Shown one piece after another: positions 38,598-47,679 of a DNA stretch of 64,000 bases; positions within the stretch are counted from its first letter, which is position 1, and every line of letters starts with the position of its first letter. The stretch is from an uncultured Clostridia bacterium. GTDB taxonomy: Bacteria; Bacillota; Clostridia; TANB77; CAG-508. The DNA is taken from the NCBI GenBank assembly GCA_944388045.1, contig CALXHG010000005.1, forward strand, positions 5,590 through 69,589, given 5' to 3'. Both the position numbers and the translations under genes were made by a program. The notes under the pieces were generated by a model that did not search any database, had not been told where the DNA came from, and was given only the letters and a program-made list of their open reading frames with translations.

Positions 38598-38837
38598 AGG
38601 TTGTAATAATTCCGTGAGAAATTTTGATATATTAATAATTGCATAAATTTTTCGACTCAATACGGAAATGTAAGAATTTCTAAAATAATTTTATGGCACC
38701 CTTTCACTTAGTCCTCGCTAACGCTCGACGCGAACATTTTCCATAAAATTAATTTAAGAAATTCTAAATTTCCTCCAATCGTATTCAAAATTTATTTATT
38801 ATTAATATATCAAAATTTCTCACGGAATTTATAACAA
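38598..38837. repeat. ~240-bp imperfect palindrome with a GC-rich centre
   Basis: The outer ~31 bp of each arm (ATTCCGTGAGAAATTTTGATATATTAATAAT / reverse complement) are perfect. The inner arms are imperfect. The centre contains TCGCTAACGC (38715-38724). Confidence 0.9.
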
Positions 38838-38906
38838 AAAATTTTAAGAAATGTCAAAAATTTGTTTGACATTTCTTTTTCAATATGATAATATAATACA
38901 AGATAG

Positions 38907-38922
38907 AGAATAAATGTTTTCT
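38907..38922 (+). promoter_or_regulatory. Candidate LexA box in the lexA leader
   Basis: AGAATAAATGTTTTCT has 12 of 16 positions palindromic (GAAT-N4-GTTT). It lies just downstream of TTGACA (38866)-N17-TAATAT. Confidence 0.4.
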
Positions 38923-38952
38923 TAGTAAAATGTAAAAGGAGTAGTGATTTAA

Positions 38953-39603
38953 ATGGGGACAAGGGCTGAAACAAGTAGAAAAGAAAAAGCTATACTAAAA
39001 TTTATTGAAACACAAGTATTAGAAAATGGATATCCACCATCAGTTAGAGAAATAGGAAAAGCAATTGGATTAAGTTCAACAGCAACAGTACATGCATATT
39101 TAGAAAAACTAGAAAGAGATGGATATATAAAGAAACAAGACAAAAAAGGAAGAACATTAAAAATAATAAAAGGAAGTAATGGAGAACCTGTTGCAACAAA
39201 TACAGGTAAAGATTTTTATGTTCAAAAAGAATTAGTTAATGTACCAGTAATAGGAAAAATAACTGCAGGACAACCAATATTAGCTGTAGAAAATGTAACA
39301 GACACATTTCCAATTCCAATAGATTTTGTTGGAAATAGTGAAAGTTTTATGCTAACAGTAAGTGGAGAAAGTATGATAGAAGCAGGAATACTTGATGGAG
39401 ACTATATATTAGTAAAAAAACAAGAAGATGCAAGAAATGGAGAGATAGTAGTTGCATTAATTGGAGATGAAGCAACAGTAAAAACATTTTACAAAGAAAA
39501 AAATTATATACGTTTACAACCAGAAAATCATACAATGGATCCAATTATTGTACCAGATTGCAAAATATTAGGAAAAGTTGCAGGAGTATTCAGAAAGCTA
39601 TAA
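38953..39603 (+). CDS. lexA: SOS repressor LexA
   Basis: N-terminal winged HTH (PPSVREIGKAIGLSSTATVHAYLEKLE). S24 peptidase domain (SGESM...ATVKTF). Confidence 0.95.
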   Translation: MGTRAETSRKEKAILKFIETQVLENGYPPSVREIGKAIGLSSTATVHAYLEKLERDGYIKKQDKKGRTLKIIKGSNGEPVATNTGKDFYVQKELVNVPVIGKITAGQPILAVENVTDTFPIPIDFVGNSESFMLTVSGESMIEAGILDGDYILVKKQEDARNGEIVVALIGDEATVKTFYKEKNYIRLQPENHTMDPIIVPDCKILGKVAGVFRKL

Positions 39604-39664
39604 TATAAATTAAATCAATATTAAATTATGAATTAACAAGTAAAAATTAATAAAAAAATAATAT

Positions 39665-39693
39665 AAAATAGCAAGGAAAAAACTTGCTATTTT
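39665..39693 (+). terminator. Rho-independent terminator
   Basis: AAAATAGCAAG / CTTGCTATTTT. Confidence 0.7.
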
Positions 39694-39807
39694 CTTACTT
39701 GTATAATATAATTTAAAAGAATAAAATTTAAATATTATTGGAAATATATATTAAAACACTCAAACAAAAATAAAATTTAGAAATGTAATAAATAAGGAGA
39801 CAAACCA

Positions 39808-41541
39808 ATGAAACATAGAAATAATCTTAAATTAAATATAGAAAATAAACCAAAAAAAATCAAAAATAGTAATTCTCCAAAAAGAATAATAATAGTCTTA
39901 ATATTATTAGTTTTATGTGTATTTATTTTAAATAAAGCCAAAAATTATGTTATTGGGAAAGCCGAAAATGATATTAATTTAATAATCAATAACAGGAATG
40001 TAACAGAAGATTTAAAACATCCAATAGTAAAAGAAAATGAAATAATATATATGTCTATGGATGATATAGAAAATTATTTTGATAAATACATTTATATTGA
40101 AGAAGAAATAAATGAAATAGTAACAACATATGATAAACAAATAGCAAGTATTGGGTTTGAAACAAATAAATTAACACTAAATGGTTCAACAAAAAAAGTA
40201 CAAGCACATGCAATAAAAAAAGAAGAAGTAATATATTTACCAATATCAGAAATGCAAGAAGTATATAATGTAGAGATGGCAGTATCAGACAAAAATATTA
40301 CTTTAGATTCACTTGATAGAAAGCAAGTAAAAGCATATACAAAATCAAATTTATCAGTAAAATGGAAAGCTGACTTTTTCTCCAAAACAGTAGATAAAGT
40401 AAAAAAGGGAGATGTTCTTATTGCGATAGAAGATGTAGATAAAGGTTGGACAAAAGTAAGAACACAAAATGGAGAAGTTGGATATGTAAAAACAAATAAA
40501 CTAACCAATTACACAACTGTTAGGGATGATTTTATAGAAGAAAAGCAAATACAAGGAAAAGTAAACATGTTTTGGGACTATTACTCAAAATATGTAAAAT
40601 GCCCAGACAGAACAGGACAAGTAATAGAAGGAGTAAATGTTGTATCACCATCATTTTTCTATATAGATGAAGATGGAGAATTCCAAGACAAAGTAGGAGA
40701 TGCAGGAAAACAATATATTGAATGGGCACATTCAAATAATTATAAAGTATGGGCAATGGTACAAAGTGATGAAGCAGGAAAAAAAACAACATCAACAATA
40801 TTAAATAGTTATGCAAAAAGACAAGAATTAATAGAAAAAATAATAGAAGTATGTGTAGAATATCAACTAGATGGTATAAATATAGATTTTGAAAATATGT
40901 ATGAAGCAGATAAAGACAAATTTTCAAGATTTATAATAGAACTAGAGCCACGTTTAAATGAAATAGGAGCAGTATTATCAGTAGATGTAACAGCACCAGA
41001 TGGAGATCCAAATTGGTCTTTATGTTATGACAGAAATGTTATAGGACATGTAGCGGACTATATAGTATTTATGGCATATGACCAATATGGAAATTCAAGC
41101 ACAAAACCAGGAACAACAGCAGGATATAATTGGGTAGAAACTAATGTAAAAAAATTTATAGATAATGAAGATGTAGAACCTAGTAAAATAATACTTGGAA
41201 TGCCTTTATATACAAGACAATGGACAATAGATTCTAATGGAGAAATAAAAAAAGATGGTAGCGGTGTTGTAAGTATGTTAAATACCAAAATACCAAATAA
41301 TGTAGAAAAACAATGGGATGAAGAATTAAAACAATATTATATAGAATATAAATCTGGTAGTGACACAATAAAAATGTGGATAGAAGATGGAACATCTATT
41401 GCTGCAAAAGTTTCTCTTGTTACTAAATATGGATTAGCAGGAACATCATGTTGGAGAAAAGATATGGAAACTTCAAATATTTGGAGTGTAATAAATACAG
41501 AATTAACAAAAGCAGAACAAAACTCAAGTGAAACAGAATAA
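39808..41541 (+). CDS. Membrane-anchored GH18 glycosyl hydrolase with copper-amine-oxidase-like stalk and SH3 domains (YdhD-like)
   Basis: TM anchor, SH3b-like segment (GWTKVRTQNGEVGYVK), GH18 catalytic DGINIDFE. Confidence 0.8.
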   Translation: MKHRNNLKLNIENKPKKIKNSNSPKRIIIVLILLVLCVFILNKAKNYVIGKAENDINLIINNRNVTEDLKHPIVKENEIIYMSMDDIENYFDKYIYIEEEINEIVTTYDKQIASIGFETNKLTLNGSTKKVQAHAIKKEEVIYLPISEMQEVYNVEMAVSDKNITLDSLDRKQVKAYTKSNLSVKWKADFFSKTVDKVKKGDVLIAIEDVDKGWTKVRTQNGEVGYVKTNKLTNYTTVRDDFIEEKQIQGKVNMFWDYYSKYVKCPDRTGQVIEGVNVVSPSFFYIDEDGEFQDKVGDAGKQYIEWAHSNNYKVWAMVQSDEAGKKTTSTILNSYAKRQELIEKIIEVCVEYQLDGINIDFENMYEADKDKFSRFIIELEPRLNEIGAVLSVDVTAPDGDPNWSLCYDRNVIGHVADYIVFMAYDQYGNSSTKPGTTAGYNWVETNVKKFIDNEDVEPSKIILGMPLYTRQWTIDSNGEIKKDGSGVVSMLNTKIPNNVEKQWDEELKQYYIEYKSGSDTIKMWIEDGTSIAAKVSLVTKYGLAGTSCWRKDMETSNIWSVINTELTKAEQNSSETE

Positions 41542-41735
41542 TATTAAGTAGGAAAGTATAATTTCCCTTTTATTGTAAGACTAAATTCTAGATTTAAACA
41601 AAATCTAGAATTTACTTTTAAACTTAAAGATTAATAAAAAAATACTTTAAAAAGCTTGTAAAAATTAACAAAAAAAGATATAATAATAATATATCTTATG
41701 TGTTTACAAAAAAGAAAAAGAGAGGAGCGATTTTT

Positions 41736-42260
41736 ATGGAAATAAAAGTAACAGGAAAAGAACTTAAGATAACAGACGCAATCAATGATTATATAGAAAG
41801 GAAAATGGACAGAATAGAAAAATATTTTGAAAATGCAGAAGCAGAAGTAATTGCCAGACTAGAAAAAAATACACAAATAGCAGAAATAAAAGTAATGGCA
41901 AATGGAGAAACATTCAGAGCAGTAACAGAGGATAAAGACTTATATGCTTCAATAGATAAAGATATAGATATATTAGAAGGACAAATTAGAAAATACAAAA
42001 CCAAAAAGGAAAAAATGCAAAAAGAATCAAGTTTAAAAGAACTTAATTCACAAAAAGTAGTACATGAAGTAGAAGATGAAATATTAAAAGTAGAATATTA
42101 TGAATTAAAACCAATAACACCAGAAGATGCAAAATTAATATTAGAAGAGAAGCCAACACAAATGTTTTTAACATTTGTAAATCAAGATTCTGGAAAAGTA
42201 AATGTAATACACAGATTAAAAGATGGTAAAAACTATGGTTTAATAGAGCCAGAAGCATAG
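41736..42260 (+). CDS. hpf: Ribosome hibernation-promoting factor (long HPF)
   Basis: MEIKVTGKELKITDAINDYIERK N-terminus and a C-terminal dimerisation domain. AGAGGAG RBS. Confidence 0.9.
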   Translation: MEIKVTGKELKITDAINDYIERKMDRIEKYFENAEAEVIARLEKNTQIAEIKVMANGETFRAVTEDKDLYASIDKDIDILEGQIRKYKTKKEKMQKESSLKELNSQKVVHEVEDEILKVEYYELKPITPEDAKLILEEKPTQMFLTFVNQDSGKVNVIHRLKDGKNYGLIEPEA

Positions 42261-42273
42261 AAAATATTTATTT

Positions 42274-42437
42274 GGGGTCGGTCCTTTTTGCTATTAGGGT
42301 CGGTCCCTTTTTTGTCATATTTTCACTTTGAGTTGCGTAATTTACCCTAAAAACAAACACTAGACAAAAAAGGACAAAAAAGGGACCGACCCTAATAGCA
42401 AAAAGGACCGACCCCGACAACAAAAGGGACCGACCCT
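42274..42437. repeat. Composite element D: perfect 43-bp inverted arms carrying GGGGTCGGTCC repeats, plus one extra unit
   Basis: Forward cores at 42274 and 42296. Reverse cores at 42382, 42404 and 42426 (22-bp period). The spacer is about 56 bp. Confidence 0.95.
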
Positions 42438-42475
42438 AATAGTATGTTTTGCAAATAACAAAAAGAAAGCAAAAA

Positions 42476-42524
42476 GAGAACCGGCACCAAATTTCCCACT
42501 AAAGGAAAAAAGAGAACCGGTACT
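42476..42524 (+). repeat. Pair of GAGAACCGG(C/T)AC motifs in the vanZ leader (site D')
   Basis: Copies at 42476-42488 and 42512-42524, 36 nt apart, each followed by AAATTT..CC as at site E. Confidence 0.85.
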
Positions 42525-42557
42525 AAATTTGCCCAATTATCTAACAAGGAGGAAAAA

Positions 42558-43064
42558 GTGAAAAGACAAATAATTATAATAAGAATAATACTAATAATTT
42601 TATTAATAATAACATTTTTTTATATTTTTAATTTTTCAAGCCAAGACTCAGAAAAATCTGGGAACTTAAGCAGAACAATAACAGTAAGTGTAACAAAAAA
42701 TATAAAAAAAATACAAGAACTAGATTATAATAAAAAAAATGATGTATTAAATACAATTGAAAAAGTAATTAGAAAATTAGCTCATTTTTCTGAATATACT
42801 TTTTTAGGAATATTATTAATGTCATTAATGAGTACATATAATTTAAAACAGAGAAATAAATTTGTATTAAGTATAGGAATAGGGTTTTTATATGCATGTT
42901 CTGATGAGTTCCATCAGTTATTTGTACCAGGAAGAACTGCAAAATTCACAGATGTATTAATAGATACGTCAGGTGTTATTGTAGGCAGTGTAATAATATT
43001 TCTAGTAATTTCAATTATAAAAAAAACAATAGAAAAAAAGAAAAAATTGGTAGTTGATAATTAA
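42558..43064 (+). CDS. VanZ-family membrane protein
   Basis: RKLAHFSEYTFLG and DEFHQLFVPGR motifs. GTG start after AAGGAGG. Confidence 0.8.
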   Translation: MKRQIIIIRIILIILLIITFFYIFNFSSQDSEKSGNLSRTITVSVTKNIKKIQELDYNKKNDVLNTIEKVIRKLAHFSEYTFLGILLMSLMSTYNLKQRNKFVLSIGIGFLYACSDEFHQLFVPGRTAKFTDVLIDTSGVIVGSVIIFLVISIIKKTIEKKKKLVVDN

Positions 43065-43200
43065 TCTATCAATTTTTTTTATTTGATAATTACTTGAAAT
43101 ATTTTTTTAGAGTTTATAAATATTATTTTATATACTTGAACTATTTATTACGATGTTATAAAAATTAATGATAGTATCAATTTTTTATTAACTGTTTTTA

Positions 43201-43229
43201 TTGACATATATATATAAAGATTATATAAT
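43201..43229 (+). promoter_or_regulatory. Consensus promoter TTGACA-N17-TATAAT upstream of surface protein 1
   Basis: Hexamers at 43201-43206 and 43224-43229. Confidence 0.55.
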
Positions 43230-43487
43230 ATTTATGAAAATTTTAATAAATAAACAATTTTATCAAAAGAAGAATGTACAAAATTTTGGGGCTTATTTAA
43301 TTACAAAATTAAGATGTGCATTTTTTTATTCAAAAAATATATTTTAAAAATGATAAAAATAATAATTAAATAAAAATATTTAAAATAGTTATTTAATATA
43401 ATTATAAAAGTCAGTTTGATAAGTAATCATAATATAATTCATCAGTTATTAAAAAAAATATTAATAAAAATAGAAAGGGGAATTAAA

Positions 43488-46400
43488 ATGAAAAAAAGAA
43501 TTATTAGTTTTCTAATTTTACTAACAATGTTAAGCACAATTATTTTAGGAGCAACATCAAATGTAGTTATGGCAAAAACAGAAGAGATGGTTCAGAATTC
43601 TTCAAATAAAACATTAGCAACAACTGTTTCTAATAATGAAACAGTATCTATAAATAATTTGAACAATGAGACTGCAACAATGAACGAACCAAGCAATGAG
43701 ACATATACATTAGATGAATTATTAAATGATGAACAAGAACAAAATGAATTAAAACAACTTTTTGAAAAAGTATCAAATCCAATAGAAGAGGAAAAAGAAG
43801 AAAAAGCAGTATTAACAACAATGCAAGACATAACATATAAAGTGCCAAATGAAGGAGGTTCATCAGAGTATTTACAAGGTATATATATACCAGGATATGA
43901 CTTTTTTATTAATACCAGTACTGTTACAAACACACAAACAAATGAAACAAAAAGTTATTTTAAAATATTTAAACATGATGTAATAAACAATACAAATAAA
44001 AAAATCTATGATTCTACAAATGATAATCCTTCTGTATATGAAGTAACATATCGTGTAAGAGATGATATGTTATACATATTATATGTAGCAGATTACAAAA
44101 CATCAGTTAAAAAATATTCAACAACAAAAATTATTGGAATTAACTTAGTTACAGAAGCAATAGTAATGAAACAAAGTTTTAATATAGAATTAGATATGTC
44201 ATATATTGAAAGTTTTGCAGTAGATGGAGCTCAAAGAGTATATTTACCATATAAAGGTACAGGACTAAAAGTATTTGATAAAAACGGAAAAGTATTATAT
44301 GATTTTGCCCCAACTGATAATCAAGAAGGAAAATATTTTAATTATATAAAAGGAATATCTCCTAATGATAAAATATTATTTTTTGAGGTAATGTATAAAT
44401 ATAGTGAGTCTAAATATAATACTCAAACTGTTTACGAAGGAATGCAAAAACTAAACAATGGTGTATTTGTAAATAAAGAAGGATGGACTGTTTATGGAAG
44501 AACGTTTCCTAGCATATATTCACAAAACCCAATGTGGTACTTTATAGATGATAATGGAACATATGCTGTAGACCAATATGGAAGAATAGCAAAATTTAAC
44601 TATAATGTAACAGATACAAATATGGGAGTTGACAGAGAAATTGTTTTAGATTTAGCATCTGGGGTATATGATTATGGAGCATATGCTTATAGACCATATT
44701 ACCCAAATGTATGTACAAATGAAAATAACATATATATTGTAGGAGCAAATGGCAATATATATATAGTAAATAAAACAACATTAAAATGTACTCAATATAT
44801 TTCAACAGGAATAAAAGATTATACAGATATAAGAAGCATAAATTATTATGAACAAAGTATTTTCATGTTAACAAAACCAGATTTCGATTATTACATGAAA
44901 CAAATAAAATTAAATAACAGTAATATAACTACAATACAAAATCTTATAATATCAGAAAATAAAACAACATCACGTACAATATCAGATATAGTAGCAAAAT
45001 ATAAACAAACATCACCAAAATATGATTATAATAAATCAATATATAAAATAACACCAAGTTGGAAAAATCCATATAAAGCAGGAAGTTTGCAAGATGGAGT
45101 TGTAACTGATACAATAAACAGACTAAATTATTATAGATGGTTAGTTGGAGTAAATGAAATAGCAGTAAATACAAGTAAATTAGACAGAAATCAAAAAGGA
45201 GCAGTAATAAGTAAAGCAAATGGAACAATAAGTCACTATCCAACTCAACCAAGTGATATGGATGATGCATTTTATGAAGAAGCATATGATGGATGTAATG
45301 CAAAATATGAAGAAGGAGATACATATTCAGGAAATGTATCTTATGGAGACAGGAGACCATATCAAGCAATAGAAGGATTTGTAAGTGACTTGTATAATGT
45401 AACAATAGGAAGTGCAACAGGACACAGACAAAGTATGTTAGACCCAAAAGCAACTGCAATAAGTTTTGGACAATGCGAAGAATTTTCAACAGCATCAGTA
45501 TATTATGATGAAGATAAAGATGTAACAAGTTCTAAATTTTATGCATTTCCATCAGCAGGATATTTTCCAAACACAGAAATGGCAGTAAGTGAATATTGGT
45601 CAATATATTTAACTGGAGCAGTATCAGGAACAGCAAGAGTAAACTTTACATATAAAGGAAAAACATATGCAGGAACAGGTTTATTATTTGAAAGCGGATA
45701 TCCAGCATTAAGTTTTAGAATGCCAGATGAGTTACAAAAACTTTTAGGTAGTACATATGATAACATACCTGGTGGAACAGAAATACAAGTAGAAGTATTG
45801 GGATTAAAAGATGAAAACTTAAATAATGTAACATATAGATATAAAGTAAACTTTTTTGATATGAAAGCAGAAATGCCAAGTCCACAAGATGTGGCAGATT
45901 TAATATTTGATTATAAATTTTATGCAGATAATTATCCAGATTTAAAGAAAGCATTTGGATATAATGAGGGAGCATTAAAAAATCATTGGTTAACAGATGG
46001 AATAAAAGAAGGAAGACAATCATCAGCAGTATTTGACCTTAAATATTATGTATATAATAATGAAGATATAAAGAAAGCCTTTGGAACAAATTATAATTCA
46101 GCATATAATCATTTTATAACAACAGGATTTTCAGAATTAAGACCAAGTTCAAATGAATATTATGGAAATTATTATAAAGATAATAATATAGATTTAAAAA
46201 ATTTTTCAGCTTATAATTTAATGAAACATTATATGCAATTTGGTAGAAAAGAAGGAAGAAAAGCAACAAATGTAATAGATAAAACACCAGTAGATATAAG
46301 ACAATATTTGCTAGATTATAATATATATACAACATTAAAAGATAATATAGACTTACAAAAAGCCTTTGGAAATGATCAAGGGGCATTAAAAAATCATTGG

Positions 46401-47357
46401 GAAACATATGGAATACCAGAAGGAAGAATAGCATCATTAGTATTTGATGCAGAATTTTACTTAAATAAATATGCGGACTTAAAGAAGGCTTTTGGAAATA
46501 ATTATACAAAAGCATATGAACATTTTGTAACAGACGGAATCAAAGAAGGAAGACAGGGTTCAAGATATTTTGATGTAAAATATTATTTAACAACACATAA
46601 AGATATAAAAAATGTATATGGTGATAATTATACAAAAGCTTTAAAACACTTCGTAACAAAAGGAATGAAAGAAGGAAGAGTAGCAAGTGCAGAATTTAAT
46701 ATAAAACAATATAAAGAAAATTATGAAGATTTAAGAAAAGCATATGGAAATAATTATATAGAATATTATAAACATTATATAAATCATGGATTAAAAGAAG
46801 GAAGAAATGCACAAACGCCAATAATAAGGAAATTATCAACATTTGAAGAATATTTGTACAGAGAGAATGTATATTTAAGATTAAATAATGATGTAAAAAA
46901 AGCATTTGGAAATAATAGTACAAAAATAAAAAATCATTGGATAACAGATGGAATAAAACAAGGTAAAATAGCATCATTAGTATTTGATGCAAAATATTAT
47001 TTAAATAAATATCCAGATTTAAAGAAAACCTTTGGAAATGACTATGAAAGAGCATATAATCATTTTATAACAGCAGGAATAAAAGAAGGAAGACAAGGTT
47101 CAAAGTATTTTAATGCAAAATATTATATGAATAAATATCCAGATTTAAAGAAAGCCTTTGGAACAAATTATCAAAAAGCATTAGAACATTTTGTAATGAA
47201 TGGAATAGGAGAAGGAAGAGTAGGAAGCGCAGAATTTAATGTAAAAAATTATAGAGCAAATTATAAAGATTTGGATAAAGCATATGGAAAAGTTTATATA
47301 GAATATTATCTTCATTATATGAATTTTGGGATAAAAGAAGGAAGAAAACCAATTTAA
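43488..47357 (+). CDS. Secreted multidomain protein 1: signal peptide, unassigned beta-rich N-domain, CAP/SCP (YkwD-like) domain, 11 copies of a ~42-aa C-terminal repeat
   Basis: MKKRIISFLILLTMLSTIILGATSNVVMA signal peptide after the GGGG RBS. CAP motifs INRLNYYRWL and GHRQSMLDP..ISFG. Repeats span 45906-47354. Confidence 0.85.
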   Translation: MKKRIISFLILLTMLSTIILGATSNVVMAKTEEMVQNSSNKTLATTVSNNETVSINNLNNETATMNEPSNETYTLDELLNDEQEQNELKQLFEKVSNPIEEEKEEKAVLTTMQDITYKVPNEGGSSEYLQGIYIPGYDFFINTSTVTNTQTNETKSYFKIFKHDVINNTNKKIYDSTNDNPSVYEVTYRVRDDMLYILYVADYKTSVKKYSTTKIIGINLVTEAIVMKQSFNIELDMSYIESFAVDGAQRVYLPYKGTGLKVFDKNGKVLYDFAPTDNQEGKYFNYIKGISPNDKILFFEVMYKYSESKYNTQTVYEGMQKLNNGVFVNKEGWTVYGRTFPSIYSQNPMWYFIDDNGTYAVDQYGRIAKFNYNVTDTNMGVDREIVLDLASGVYDYGAYAYRPYYPNVCTNENNIYIVGANGNIYIVNKTTLKCTQYISTGIKDYTDIRSINYYEQSIFMLTKPDFDYYMKQIKLNNSNITTIQNLIISENKTTSRTISDIVAKYKQTSPKYDYNKSIYKITPSWKNPYKAGSLQDGVVTDTINRLNYYRWLVGVNEIAVNTSKLDRNQKGAVISKANGTISHYPTQPSDMDDAFYEEAYDGCNAKYEEGDTYSGNVSYGDRRPYQAIEGFVSDLYNVTIGSATGHRQSMLDPKATAISFGQCEEFSTASVYYDEDKDVTSSKFYAFPSAGYFPNTEMAVSEYWSIYLTGAVSGTARVNFTYKGKTYAGTGLLFESGYPALSFRMPDELQKLLGSTYDNIPGGTEIQVEVLGLKDENLNNVTYRYKVNFFDMKAEMPSPQDVADLIFDYKFYADNYPDLKKAFGYNEGALKNHWLTDGIKEGRQSSAVFDLKYYVYNNEDIKKAFGTNYNSAYNHFITTGFSELRPSSNEYYGNYYKDNNIDLKNFSAYNLMKHYMQFGRKEGRKATNVIDKTPVDIRQYLLDYNIYTTLKDNIDLQKAFGNDQGALKNHWETYGIPEGRIASLVFDAEFYLNKYADLKKAFGNNYTKAYEHFVTDGIKEGRQGSRYFDVKYYLTTHKDIKNVYGDNYTKALKHFVTKGMKEGRVASAEFNIKQYKENYEDLRKAYGNNYIEYYKHYINHGLKEGRNAQTPIIRKLSTFEEYLYRENVYLRLNNDVKKAFGNNSTKIKNHWITDGIKQGKIASLVFDAKYYLNKYPDLKKTFGNDYERAYNHFITAGIKEGRQGSKYFNAKYYMNKYPDLKKAFGTNYQKALEHFVMNGIGEGRVGSAEFNVKNYRANYKDLDKAYGKVYIEYYLHYMNFGIKEGRKPI

Positions 47358-47409
47358 ACAATTAAAATAAAGATTGAATATTGACACTTAGTGCGAAAAT
47401 CTTTAAACT

Positions 47410-47449
47410 AAAAATAGTATAGATATAGAAATATATTTATACTATTTTT
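47410..47449 (+). terminator. Rho-independent terminator
   Basis: AAAAATAGTATA / TATACTATTTTT. A near-identical hairpin follows paralogue 3. Confidence 0.7.
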
Positions 47450-47530
47450 GTGTTAAAAAATAATGCAACTATTACTTTATACAATTAAAATGTTTAAAAT
47501 CTAATACTATGGAAAATTGTAATTTAATAA

Positions 47531-47559
47531 TTGACAAAAATTCAAAACAAAAATATAAT
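47531..47559 (+). promoter_or_regulatory. Consensus promoter TTGACA-N17-TATAAT upstream of surface protein 2
   Basis: Hexamers at 47531-47536 and 47554-47559. Confidence 0.55.
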
Positions 47560-47679
47560 AATGTTGTAAATTTTAAATAGGAGTCTTTAAATATTTACAT
47601 CTTTATAAATTCTTTTAAAATTTAAAATCATACAAAAGAATAATTAAAAGACATGGAAATAAAAAGAAAGGGGAACAAA

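Noticed and set aside
38598-38837. Large palindromes interpreted as integron attC sites or retron msr/msd.
   Set aside because: The window contains no IntI-type integrase, no reverse transcriptase and no cassette-array organisation. The arm lengths (70-110 bp) and the repeat composition do not fit either model.
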